From assembly GCA_009914755.4 (NCBI GenBank), contig CP068257.2, positions 20,032,001 to 20,096,000 of the forward strand: a stretch of DNA of 64,000 bases. The letters run 5' to 3'. The DNA is from the human T2T-CHM13v2.0 reference genome, Homo sapiens. Shown piece by piece: positions 26,201 through 43,800 of the stretch. How positions within the stretch are numbered: position 1 is the stretch's first letter; each line of letters opens with the position of its first letter. The notes below the pieces were generated by a model. It was not told the DNA's origin and did not search any database. It saw only the letters and a program-made list of their open reading frames with translations. Position numbers and translations under genes: made by a program.

Positions 26201-26663
26201 CCATTCTCCCTACTTCTATTTTTTTTCCATGGATATTCAGGTTTATTATTATTTAGAATCAGAGGATAGTACAACTGGAAGAGACATTTATAATGATGTA
26301 ATAATGCCTCAATTACATATGAGAAACTTGAGCCTAGAAAAGATATGACTTTTACTTAAAAAGTAATGACTTTTATAATGTCATTTACCTAAAAGTTATA
26401 TATAATAATACTAGTTTTATTAGTAAAGATAGATTTACTGGCACTTATTTTAGTGCTATTTTTACCAGATATTTTTAGGATCTTGCTATTAGAACTTTGT
26501 TCAGTGATAAAATTTAATTTTACTTTTAATTATGGAGCAATACATGCTTGTTGTAAAAGCACGAATATTTCAAATATTCCACAATAAAGAGAAAATAAGA
26601 AGTAAGTAATGTTTCTTAGTTTTCCAATGTTAGTGTTCAGAGATAAAGTATATTTTCCATACT

Positions 26664-26822
26664 TTTTTTTTTTTTTGAGTCAGAGTCTTGCTCTGTGGCC
26701 CAGACTGGAGGGCAGTGGCATGATCTCAGCTCAGTGCAAATTCAGCCTCCAGGGTTCAAGTGACCCTCTCATCCCTCAGCCTCCCAAGTACCTGGGATTA
26801 CAGGCCTGCAACACCACATCCC
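26664..26822 (-). mobile_element. Partial Alu (right-monomer portion, about 160 bp) with poly-T
   Basis: A T13 run is followed by gagtcagagtcttgctctgtggcccagactggagggcagtggcatgatctcagctca...cctcagcctcccaagtacctgggattacaggc. Similarity is lost after about 26822. Confidence 0.75.
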
Positions 26823-27699
26823 TTTTCCCAGGCAGTGTTATCACTTTGTCAAGCCCATGCTCTTCCATACTACAGCAGGTAATAAACTCCACTTTTGGTG
26901 ATGAACAGGCTATTCTGATGGTCTTTGGGGAGCCACATTCTATATTTTTATGTCATATTACTACTATAATATTAAAAAATAATCATGTATAAGCCAAATA
27001 ATTAGTAAAATTAAAATTTTCCTGATTGTGATCAAATATTTCATTAGGCTGTAATGGTTTCCTTTTTATTGTCTAAGATTTCTTCATTTGGTCTCATTTC
27101 TGCAATGCAAATTATTTTGTAACCAATTGTTAATTCACAATAGTCCGCAATTAAGTAGTAAGTTCTTTTTATCATTGTTGAAACAGTTATTACAAAGAAG
27201 TTGTCTGTAGATGTCTTCTAAAGTTTCCAAATCTTACTTCATAAGCTATCTTTTTTCCTCTACACCAGATATTTAATTTTTTCTTTTATGCTATAGCTTC
27301 TAGGTTGTTAATTTCTGAATTGCACAAGGCACACGAATAATTGAACTTCACATCTCCTACTAAATTATTCTATGTTAATAACTTAGTAATAACAAGTGCA
27401 ATTACTTTAGCTATTCGTGAACACCTTCCACAGCTTTCAACAAGAGGACTTATTTTTAAGACTTTTTTTAATGCTAAGCATAAGAAAGATTATATGTAGG
27501 GTAATTAATGTCTAATTGAGTTAGGCAAACTCTAAAATGGCCTCCAATAATTCTCACTTCAAGACATCCACAGCCTTGTGTTATATGTTCTGCCTGAGTA
27601 ACTTGCCTCTAGCCAACAGAATACAGCAAAATTGAGGAGATGTCACTTCTTGGATTAGGTTACAAAAGATGGTGTTTTCTGAATTGCTAGTACACTTTC

Positions 27700-28075
27700 T
27701 CAATTACCTTCTCAACTTGCATGCTTTGATAAAGCAAACTTCCCTATGAGAGAGGCCATTATGGCACAGAAGTGCCAGCAGCCTCAGGCCAACAGCCAGC
27801 AGAGAATAGAGGCCCTCAGTCCAATAGTGTGTGGAGCAACAAAGTGCTGCGACATTCACTGAGCAAGTTTGCAAATGGTTTCCTCCCCAGTTAAGACCTG
27901 AGTGAGACCACAGATCCTAAACCAGCATCTTGATTACAGTTTCCTGGGAGACAGTGAAGCAGAGGACCTAGCTACAGCATAGCTGGATTGTTGACCCATA
28001 GAAACTGTAATGTAAGTATGTGTTAATTGCTAAATTTGGGGGTAATTTGTCATTCATTCATCAGTGACTAATACA
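27700..28075 (+). repeat. MaLR-type LTR 3' portion (tentative)
   Basis: The terminal motif ...cccatagaaactgtaatgtaagtatgtgttaattgctaaatttgggggtaatttgtcattc...actaataca resembles the MaLR LTR 3' end (ctgtgagataataaatgtttgttgttttaagccactaagtttgtggtaatttgtta..actaataca). Confidence 0.35.
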
Positions 28076-30320
28076 CTCATGGATGAATTAAAACCTTTTT
28101 TTGGGTTTCCTCTGATGCTCCTCAGCTTCTGAGTGTAAAGATAGTTTAAAAAATTAGGCTTTCTAATGTCAGAGTCTTCATGATTTAATCATTTAGAAGT
28201 CATAGTAATCGGTTTTATTTGGAACAGATAGAGCTCTTAACTGATTAAACAGAAGGGGAATTCTTTGGTTTTCTTTTTATTTGTCTCTTGATAGTCCATG
28301 GAAGTGCTGAGGACAGGAGAGCCACGCTGGAGAGAAAGTTTGCTAAAGCACAGAAGAGGATGCTAAGGAAACTTCTCCAGCTTTGCTGCCTGCTCTGAGC
28401 TCCGGAAGAAACTCCCATAGCCAGTGCAGACGCTGATACAAGAAGGGGCTCAATTTTCAAATAACAAGAGCCTTCGAAAGGTGGACATATGCTTTCTTTT
28501 ACCAAATCATCCCCTCCAAATTGAATTATCTTGTGAATTTATCAGACTAGTAAAGCCAACGTTCTATCTCTGAATCTTGAGTCCTATAGAAGCTGATATT
28601 TTCAGTATTTCTGAGTTTCATCTCTTGGGATGATGGGACTTGTGAGGATAAAAAATTATCCCAATATAACCATAATTAAAAAAAATAAATAAAAGCACAA
28701 ATTTAAAGAAATGAGAACACATGTTGCTAAACCTGTATTATGTTGTTTAATGAATAGCTACTAAGGGAAGAAATGAGGTGGTTGACCAACATCTAGAAAC
28801 AGGGTATTATTTCACCAACTATAAACATAATTCGTATAAGTACATTTCCAAATCGTTCCACATTTCCAGTTATTATTCTGAGACTGGAAGGAGGAGAAAA
28901 AGCCCTTTCATTCCAGACTAAAGGAAATTCCCACACCTAATAATGTACACTTGGAAAGTTGTTCAAATTTGCATTTTTGAAGAAGCAAAGGAAGTCAACA
29001 ATGTAAATCTACATCTAAAAAATGTAAATATTCATTTAAAAAGGAGAAGCTCAGTAAATAAGGTAAAACATATATCTGAAATTCAAACACATATTTGAAA
29101 AGGAAGTGAATCACACTACTTAGAAGAAAAAGGAATCTAACACAAAAGAACTAAAAACTGTTAAAGATGTCGTTTAATAGTTTAGCTTCAGGTGTCATAA
29201 CATTCTGTTAATTATGGATGGGTGGTCCTCCCTCATTACCGGACAGGCAGAAAACATTGCTGTTGTCAACTATAAAAACTCTCATATGATATAATATATT
29301 CATACCATAATCTAGTTTTCTAGAAAATGTTAAGTAAGGTAGCTGCTCTCTGTCTCCAACCCTGGAATATGTGTTCCTCTTCTTGCTTCTTATATCCACT
29401 TTAATTGTTAAAGTAAAACTGTGTTATATTTTCCTGTTTACTTCTCTAGAATTCGATTTAACTATAAATTATTTTAGGACACAGAATGGTTCTCATTTAT
29501 TCTCATTTATCCTTATAACCATATTTGTTACCAAAACCTGAAGCAAAAGTTCACAGGTGCTACACAGATTTCTGTGGAAAGTAAAAATGTGACTCACCTG
29601 ACATTTTCCATACATTTGATAAACTAAACCATGTCAATCTATGAAATAAGAATACCAGAACTTTTTTAAATTATAAAATCTATAGAAGAGAAAAATAGTA
29701 CTTAATAAGTGATATATTAAATGCATTAGATTTTAAGATGGTGATTAACATTAGATTAAAATGGAAATACGAACTTTGGAAATCAGTTCTTAAAATAGAA
29801 CTGATCTATTCAAAGGAATAGATCAGTTTTTGAAAACATTTGGTATTCATAATTATTCGACCGAGTTTAGCCTAAAGCTGCCTCCTCACATACTTTAAAT
29901 TCATCCTAAAGATTTTCCTGTATACTTAAGTGGAGGTGTAAACAGACTGTAACCTTTTGTGCCAATCACCAAATTTTGGCTAACTAAGGAGGACCAATTG
30001 TTTAAACCATGTCCAAATGAGGTAAAAGCTGTAACCAATCCGGCTGTTTCTGTACCTCATTTATGTTTTCTGTCTATACTCATTTTTCCTTTTTCTGTCT
30101 ATAAATCTTCTTCCAATGCATGGCTGAGCTGGAGTCTTTCTGAGCCTACTCTGGAACAGGAGGCTGCCCTATTCACAAATCATTCTTTTTGCAAGAAATT
30201 CAACTCTGTTAAATTTCATGTGGCTAAAAACTTTTTAACATAAAAAAGGCATATATTTTTTTCTAATTGCACAATTAAGAGATTTTAAAAAATTTAAGAA
30301 CATGGGTTGTCTGAAACTGA

Positions 30321-30675
<355 letters not shown>

Positions 30676-30715
30676 TGCAATATTATTTTTACATAGACGT
30701 TATATGCTAGCATTG

Positions 30716-30890
30716 GAATTGCAATGCGAGTGGTAAGGAGGGACTAGTGGAAAGAGGCCAACCATGCCTATAACCAAAAATCTAGTAAACTTGGGGTGTT
30801 CAGGGAAATAAAAAAACAATAACCGAGGTTTAACTGCAATGGTGGAACTACTGGGTATTTGTGTTATAGGATAGTTGGGAAGGATAGAAA
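30716..30890 (+). repeat. Unclassified dispersed repeat, copy A, about 88% identical to 34560-34735
   Basis: ctagcattggaattgcaatgcgagtggtaaggagggactagtggaaagaggccaaccatgcctataaccaaaaatctagtaaacttggggtgttcaggg...gaggtttaactgcaatggtggaactactgggtat appears almost verbatim at 34560-34735. Confidence 0.6.
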
Positions 30891-30956
30891 TATGGATATA
30901 GAACGCACATAAGGCTACCTCTCCCTTATAAATGTCTTCTTAAAATGTAGAGGCTC

Positions 30957-31341
<385 letters not shown>

Positions 31342-32215
31342 TTAATATATATCATTATGTTTTAAAATTGTCTTATTTTCAAAGAAAATAAATATTTCCT
31401 TTTTTATTTCTTCATATATTTACTGAAGAACGTTAACTGTGAGTCTAGGTCAAGTCCCAAAGATACCATCAAACTTACCCTGAGTTTATTGGTTACTAAA
31501 GCAAAAACTATTATTACCTCTGTAGAGTCTTGGTAGCATATGGGGAGGAGAGGTTATAGTTATGATACTTACAAGAGTTCGGGACTGTTATAAGGTAGAT
31601 TTTTAAAATTAGTATCTTAATCAGCATTTGCAAAAGAATGATTTACAAATAGTGCTCAAAGTGAGTTGAGTTGAACATTTTGATGTGAGATTCAAAATAC
31701 AACCATCTATTTCTCTGAGAAAAGAATGATGGCCGTGACCGTGCAAGGGGTCTTGTGTTTGGATAAAAGGAGATTCAGACAGTTCTTAAGCAATGTTATT
31801 TGCAATTTCATCTTGCAAATGCTTTTTGCAATTTATCTGTCTGGATTAGAAATTTCTTGGAATAATAGAATCCCACCAATGTAGGTTTTTAATTAGAAAT
31901 TTAACTTACTGCAACCCTTGAGCTTTGTAGCTGTAGATGGTTTTAGTTTGCACATGCTATCATAATATATAACTTTATGGAACTAACTCTCTATAACAGG
32001 AGAAGACTGGATGTGTGACATAGTCAAGGTCACATATAGAATGTACAGGAACAGACAAATATTTCTTGCTGGATTCTACCTGTATGTACACTTTAATTAT
32101 AAATCTACAATATTTATTAATGACGTGAGTCATAGTGATTTATCAATAAAATTTATCAAAATAAATACAGAAGAGACACTGGCATATTTGTTTATTATTC
32201 AATAAAGTCCTGTAA

Positions 32216-32594
<379 letters not shown>

Positions 32595-32993
32595 CTCTCT
32601 TTTAAAATTAATTGTCATATGTGCAGTTGCTGGCTAATTTCATATTATTCACATTTAAAAAGGGCAGCACAAGGTTGTGGCATTTCAGAATCCATATTAT
32701 AACAATACAGATTTTGCCACGTACATTCCCTTAACATCATTGCCAGTTACTCATTACACCATTACTCATGGGGCTGCATTATCCAATATGCAACCGTTAA
32801 ACATTGGTTTCTATTGATTCACTGAATATTTTTTTACTATGACATTAAATCACTCAATTATATAATGAGCACAGACTATGTGCTAGGTACTAAAGGTATT
32901 GAATAAGTATATCATCAAAAACCTTTATATAATTACTAAAAATTTATATTGCTTTGATAAATTTTACTAGTGGTTTTACTAGTTAAACCATTA

Positions 32994-33030
32994 TTCTCTT
33001 TAGGTCTGGTTAAATCTGGTTAAATCTGGT
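32994..33030. repeat. Tandem repeat (GGTTAAATCT) x3.5
   Basis: ggttaaatctggttaaatctggttaaatct. Confidence 0.6.
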
Positions 33031-34327
33031 TAAATCTATGGATATAATTCTTAACATTTATAGTTTTTGAAACCATTAGCTACCTAAATGAACTTTATTC
33101 AGTGAATAACAAGAAGCGTTTCCTTAATTATTCAATCACTTAAATATTTAATAAACATGGGAGGTTTTATCTTATCCAATGTACTACACATTCACAAAGA
33201 GAAAAAAAAAGATTTGTTTCTGCTTTTGTCTGATTTGATATAGGCTAGAGATAAGATATATGGTTAATGGATATCTCCATATTTTATAGATCTAGAAGAA
33301 AAATTAAATATTACAAACTCTACCTTATCATTTTGTGATTGAGGTAACTAAAGACCAGAAATTTTAAATGACTTGTGTAGAGGAAGACACAGATCTTTTC
33401 AGTGGAAGAACAAGAGATTTAAACTCAGGTTTTATGACTCCAGGTCTAGATCTTTGTTTACTGATTAATATTTTGCTACAGGAAAAAGAAGACAACAAAA
33501 AAAGAGGGAAAGTGTGTTCAACATTAGTGTCTTATCAAAATGGGCTATTGGTTGTAATACGTAGAGGGAAATAACCTTCCATTTTAATAGCAAATAGAAA
33601 TAGAATAATTTATAAAACATGGCAACAATCATTTTAGCCTCTACTGAAAGGACTAAGCAATATCTAGAGTTGCCATTCATTTATTAATTGTGGAGTCAAA
33701 AGAAATAGCTAAGAAAGTAAATATTGATGAAGAAGAAAAGAAAACTTGAAAGCAAATTGAGAAAATAATATTAGCTTAAGTCAAATAGACGGACATATAA
33801 CATAACATAAGGAAATTTTCTTTATCTGAGATAAGAACACTCAGTAAATTGTATATAACAGCGATACAACGAAGAGCAGGGTAGCAAGATCAGTGGCTGA
33901 TGGCAAATATAGATATTGAAAGATTGATTAAAAATCAGGAAGATGATTATGGTGGCAACATAAAAGGATTCTAATTGAAATAGTAAAATACTCAGAATGA
34001 GATATGAAAGGGTGAAGTTATCAGAAATGCAATGTTATAGCATAGCAATGCAATGTTATAACATATATTATGTTATAACATAGCAATGAAAACTCTTTTC
34101 CTCATTGTTCTTTGTTAGAATAGAGTAGCTGTTCTGCAAAAGTTCTTAGGGGTTCAGATATTATTTGAAAAGGAGTCACATATGATAGAGCCGTCTGAGG
34201 AATTTGGAAGATCTAGAGATGATACTTCCAAGATCAAGATCTTACATGAAGTGCAATTATTTCAGCAACATATCAGTTGCACAGTCAGAGTTTTAAAATA
34301 ATATTGTATTACAAGACTTTTTAAAAA

Positions 34328-34412
34328 GTTTTACTTTAAGTTCTGTACAGCATGTGCAGGTTTGTTACATAGGAATGCATGTGCCATGGTGGCTTGCTGC
34401 ATCTATCAACCC
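34328..34412 (-). mobile_element. Short L1 3'-end fragment, antisense
   Basis: ttttactttaagttctgtacagcatgtgcaggtttgttacataggaatgcatgtgccatggtggcttgctgcatctatcaaccca matches the antisense of the L1 3' terminus (ctttaagttctagggtacatgtgcacaacgtgcaggtttgttacata...gccatg.tggtgtgctgcacccattaac). Confidence 0.55.
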
Positions 34413-34559
34413 ATAGAAGACAATTTTAATCACATTTTTTGGCATACATGTATTATGGAAATATTCAAACTAATTTGTAAAGTTACTTGAAATATGTGTA
34501 TTTGTATCACCTTGTGGTAGATGGCTCTACTCCATATATAACATGTTTCTCCAAGTACT

Positions 34560-34735
34560 AGCATTGGGATTGCAATGGGATTGGTAAGGAGGGACTAGTG
34601 GAAAGAGACCAACCACGCCTATAACCCAAAATCTAGTAAACTTGGGGTGTTCAGGAAAAAAAGCAATCAATTAGCGAGGTTTAACTGCAATGGTGGAACT
34701 ACTGGGTATTATAGAATCGTTGGGAAGAATAGCAA
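34560..34735 (+). repeat. Unclassified dispersed repeat, copy B (pair of 30716-30890)
   Basis: ctagcattgggattgcaatgggattggtaaggagggactagtggaaagagaccaaccacgcctataacccaaaatctagtaaacttggggtgttcagg...gaggtttaactgcaatggtggaactactgggtat. Confidence 0.6.
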
Positions 34736-36589
34736 ACATTAGATTTATTTTAAAGACATTCATGGATCATTTATAATGAGATTAATAGAGTTGGACAAGA
34801 GATTAAAAAATACCGATGCAAAATGGGACTGAGGTGCAGATTTTGTTAGTATTAGCTTAAAGGTCAGTGTTAATATTGACAAAGACTCTCTCTTTGACCA
34901 AATTCTAGACAGGTTCCTCTGAGTTTTTCTTTGACTAATTCTCATTCTTGGGCCTTGATCTCAAGAGCCTAGTTGTAGCATGAACCTCGTATAGTCAGTT
35001 TAGCAAGAAGCCTCACCCTCAGTATCTACTCACTCTCAATATCTAATCAAATTCCTCATCTTTCGCCACCCCCCAGGGGTGTCTGATCACCCCGTCCTGT
35101 CCTCAGCAAGAATCTTGTTTATTTAACCAGAATGTACCCTTATCCCTGATGTTTCTTTTTAGTAATTTTTCATCCACTGATCCTCTCTCTGTTCCTTGGA
35201 TATAAATCCCTCTTATTCATGCTGTATTAGGAGTTGAGCTCAATTTTTCTCTTCTGCTGCAAAACCCTATTGCAGAGTCCTTTGTATAAAATCTTCATTA
35301 CCATCTGTGACAAGTGTCAGAATATATTTTTCTTTAACAATATCACTGGAAAATTGCCTGAGGGAATTAATATAAACAAGCATGACAAAAATGACCTAAA
35401 ATTAATACCAAGATGTACAACACTAGGAGGTAAAGAGAGAATGTGAAATTACGTCCATGTATCTTACAAGGCATTTAGGTTCTTTTTTTTTTTCTTTTTT
35501 TTTTTAGCCTAGCCCTCAAGAGCCTGTGGTGAAAAAGTGTATTAGAAGCCAAATAGTTACAGGTTAAAATCCTGTTTTTATCTTACCAGCTGCTGCTTCT
35601 TGAGCAGGATTTAGAGTCAATTCTCAGACTGGAGTTTCCTCATGTAAAGTGGAAATAGTATCGTCCCTTCCTATACTAATACTAATTTAAATGTTAGGTT
35701 TTATTTTATGTAAGCACTTAATTAGGAGCTCACAAATACAGGTTTTATGAAATGCCTTGAAACCACTTTTCCTCTGATCTTACAACTTTTAAAGACAGAA
35801 TAGACGATGTGGGTAGGATCCTAATGGCCCCCATGCATTTCTAAGTTATTTTTGTAGAAAATTTCCAGGCGCTGAAGTGGTAAAGGCAATTGTCATTTCT
35901 TCCCTTGAATGAGGCTTAGTAAAGATTTTATGATTAGGAATTTGGCCACCTACCTCACATCTGGAAACCATGGCTATGAAAATAGTGGGTGACCCATTTG
36001 AAGATGTGGAGTGGAACTTTAGATGGAATAACACACTATTTTCAGTCTTAAAATAGCCCATTGATTCAGACCCTACATTTCCTTATTTAAAAAGTACATG
36101 AACCTTTTTGAAGGCATCTCTAAATATCCTAATTTTGGAAAAAAAAACCTATCATTCTCATTTATATGTAGGGCTGCCATATAATGGAATGTAATACTAT
36201 TAAAAGGAAAATTCAGATTAGAATCTCATCTCTTATGGACTAAATCTTTTATTCCAAAATGAAAGTGTGGCATTTTTCAATGAAATGTGGTTTCTTCAAT
36301 ATTTAGAATTCGATATCTGCAAAAGCCAAATTAAAAGGAGCTTAATTGCCAGAAAGGCAATGTGAAGATGACAATGGAAAGGAATAAGACACTTGGCTTA
36401 TTTATTTTTTCCCCACTTTCAATGGCTTTGTTTTGTAATGATTATCTTTAGGTATCGGCATGTTCATATTTTTCTTCTCAATTATAAAATCTTTAATCAT
36501 TTCCTCGGGTGTATAAAAATGAAATGATTAGATGCAACTTTAAATTATGCAGGGTAATGATCAGGAACTGTTTACTGATTCTGCTATAT

Positions 36590-36850
36590 TATAATATTCA
36601 AATTATATACAATAACATATAACAAAATTATATATAATTATATTATATATAGTTTGATATATTTAGTTTGATACAAAAAACTTGATACATAAATATCAAT
36701 TTTATGTCAAATTAATATATAGATATTATATATAATTACATAATTTGATATAAATATGATATATAAATATATACAAATATATAAGTATCACATTTATATC
36801 AAATTGATATATAAACTATATATATAATTTGAATATCATAATATGGCAGA
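36590..36850. repeat. AT-rich low-complexity block rich in short inverted repeats (ttgatata / tatatcaa)
   Basis: The run is almost entirely A/T and repeats gatata, tatatc and ttgata words. Confidence 0.6.
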
Positions 36851-38969
36851 ATCGGTAAATACTTTTGGCCATAAGACTGGATACAGAGATTCTACCCAAC
36901 ACTCAGTTACCTACCCTATGCACACATATTCAGCTACATTTCTGTTCTTTTGTACTTGCATCCAACTGCCTTAAGCCTCATCCTTTTGATTGAATTCCCA
37001 AAAATCAAGTACTGAAATCAGTTTATAATTTATATTGACCACAGAGGGGCACACCTCAAAACCAATGTAAGCTGATGGACCATTTTCCAAAGCATAATTT
37101 ATCATCATCATCATCAGCGCTACCTTTGGCCCCTGTCTAAATAGGCCAAGGCTGTGTTAAGATGGCTTATTAAATGAAATATGTATCTCTGCAATTGGAT
37201 GGTTTATTACTCTCTTGAGAATGATATTATCTATACTTAAAGGAAAGTTGCATTTTCTTACAATTTCTTTCTTTCAGAACATTTTAGTTACCCATATTTT
37301 AGTGTCTTTTGCTCATGTGTGCTCTTTGTTATAATACATGCATGCTCCACACCAGGTAGTTGGTGAAAGTTTTCTTTCATTCTTTAACTAAGTTCTTTTT
37401 CATATCTGTGAGTACCAAAATATGAAATAAAGGAATATAAAGTTGAGAGAGAATTGATTTCCTAAGTGTCTACATTAAAAAAAGAAATGTAGTCTAGTTG
37501 ACAGGATATTTGATTTCTGTTAGCTCTATATGTTGCATGTAGATCAATTTACTTCTGACCTTCTCATAACAAGTTGTTAAAAAAATTGTCTCTATACATT
37601 GTTTTAAATATCTTTTTTGGTTAAAGCAAACACATTGAAAATCCCTAGATGTGTATTTAAGGCAGTACGACAATTATGATTCCTACTAAGTTTGTTTCTA
37701 GACGTTTTAGGCACGTAAACCTTCACTGGAGAGGGCAAATACAAACACCTGACAAAAACTCTCTGATTGGAGAAAATCACACAGTACCTCAGCCATCAAC
37801 ATCTTTTCTCTTTGCTAAATTTAGGAGAGAAGACAAATGGAAAGGATTTAAAACTTTGGTAATTAGCTATGACTGGAGCAATTCAAAGTCACCACTTTAT
37901 GGTAATTCTGAATTGGTTTACATTACTTAAAGCAAAATCTTCTCATATGAATCTATCATCCAATAAATCAGAGATATTAATAAACACTATTTAAAATACA
38001 AAGCTTAATTGAAAATTAGAGTTATAGAAGATAAGTGCTTCTAGCTGAGGGTAATTTTTACTGCCTACTTGGCAGAATATATTCTCAAATCCAGAGGAAA
38101 TATTTCTAGGAGATATTTCTAGAAGCATATACCAATTTCCAAAATGAAGCAGGCCCAATGGCTACTTTGTTTTCCAACTCTAAGTGACAATTAACTCTAT
38201 CAAACAGAATTTGACAAAGAATCAAACAGATCTATGCCCTCTTCCCTTGCAGGAGCAAACTGAAAGAATACTCTGGTTTCAAATATATATCCTAATAAAA
38301 TGTGTAAATTTTATAAAAGACTATAAAGACTTCCTTTCACATGAAGACCATAAATTCTTTTTTATCTTTTTGAGTAACTGTGAACTTCTTATCCCAGAAA
38401 GTCTATAATAGCAAAGCAAAATATAAGTCTTTCACTCCTTCCATTAAAAAAGTTAAATATTTTTAATAAGTGACTTATTTTTTAAAATGTTAAGGTTTTA
38501 TGTCTATATAGTATTATAATGCCTTCTATAGTATGGTGCAGTTAATCTAAGAAGGATATAGAACATAAAAATATTTGCTTAAAATAAACAAAACATGAAG
38601 GAATAAACAATTGAAAGAGAAGCCTATCTATAATGGTAGAAATAAGATAGAGAGGACTTTGATTAAAAAAAAAACTATGCTTTTTAAAATAGTATTTGTT
38701 TTGTAAGTTTTATTTGTTTTATTTGAATTCATGCTAATATTGCATATAATTATTACACAAAATTAAATTAAAAATCTCAAATAACACAATCAAAATAAAA
38801 TGCAATAAACATAAATTTGCACCCAGTTGGGCATATCCACAAGTGAAAATTATGCCAAATGGATTTAAAACACAGTAATTTGACTATAAATTTATAGTGG
38901 AACAAAAATAGGTATAAAAAATTTTAAACAATCATATTACTTATGGTAGTATTGGTATTTTTATTTTGA

Positions 38970-39297
<328 letters not shown>

Positions 39298-39952
39298 TGT
39301 AGGTTTCTAAGGTATACAAATTAAACAATAAATAACTGTGTAATCTTTGAAATCTTTTGCTCCCAATGTCCTAGAGAAATGAGCTTCTCAGCATAGGTAA
39401 AGGAGATACAAATTTAGAAGGTAAAATGGATTGAGTATAAACCCTATAATCTGCATTTTAAATGGGAAGTATTATCGTAAACTCATTTTGGACTTTATTT
39501 GGAAATCAGCGAAGAAAAAATAACAACAAAAATTTCCTAATTTTTTACTATAAACACCTAGGAAATATGGGCTATCCCCTATTAATAATACTTTTACCGA
39601 GTGCCAAGGTACAGAGCATAAATTACTTACTTAGCTATGGACAAGATAATATACAGGATGAGTTTGCAGCTGCTGATATATTCTATAACAAGGATGCTTT
39701 CAAAGACACAGAAATCTAATAGAAGTTTCCATTGACAAAAGATGGCACATGCTTAGTTTCACAAAAAAATCAATCTATCAAATGTAATCATATCTGTAAT
39801 TTGATTATATTTCTTAAAAATACTTTATTTTTTAAAGCTTGAGAAAAAAACTATTTTGAAACCTGATAAATTCAAAGAAAGAAGTATTTATTCTAAATTT
39901 TTCCTTAGGAATTATACCACTTGGTGATCAAGCAGAAATTGATGATAATTTC

Positions 39953-40003
39953 TATTTTTTTTTTCTTTTTGAGATGGAGTCTCACTCTGTCGCCCAGGCT
40001 GAA
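39953..40003 (-). mobile_element. Extremely 5'-truncated Alu (last ~32 bp plus poly-A, seen as poly-T + gagatggagtctcactctgtcgcccaggctg)
   Basis: ttttttttttctttttgagatggagtctcactctgtcgcccaggctgaaag. Homology stops after gcccaggctg. Confidence 0.6.
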
Positions 40004-40368
40004 AGATTTTGCAGATAAAAAATAAAGAGTAAACATTTGGATTAGAATATTGACTTTTTGCAATTTTCAATAAAATAATCTGTGCAATAATCACCGGTAG
40101 CTGCTAGCACCATAACAAGATGATAACCAGCTCATATGTTTCTCCTAATACAAAATATGAATTTTCTGATTAAAAAAATCAAAACAGTGCACATATATAC
40201 TATAAAATAATTGTGTCAAAATATATAAAACCTGCATCTAGATTCACCTTTCAATGCATAAGGAATACAACGAACAGAGAATACAGTTTCATTATTTTAT
40301 ATCAATACAATCAACAAAATCCAGAATGTAAGAAATGCTATGGAAACAAACTTTTTAAAATGAGAAAA

Positions 40369-43800
<3,432 letters not shown>

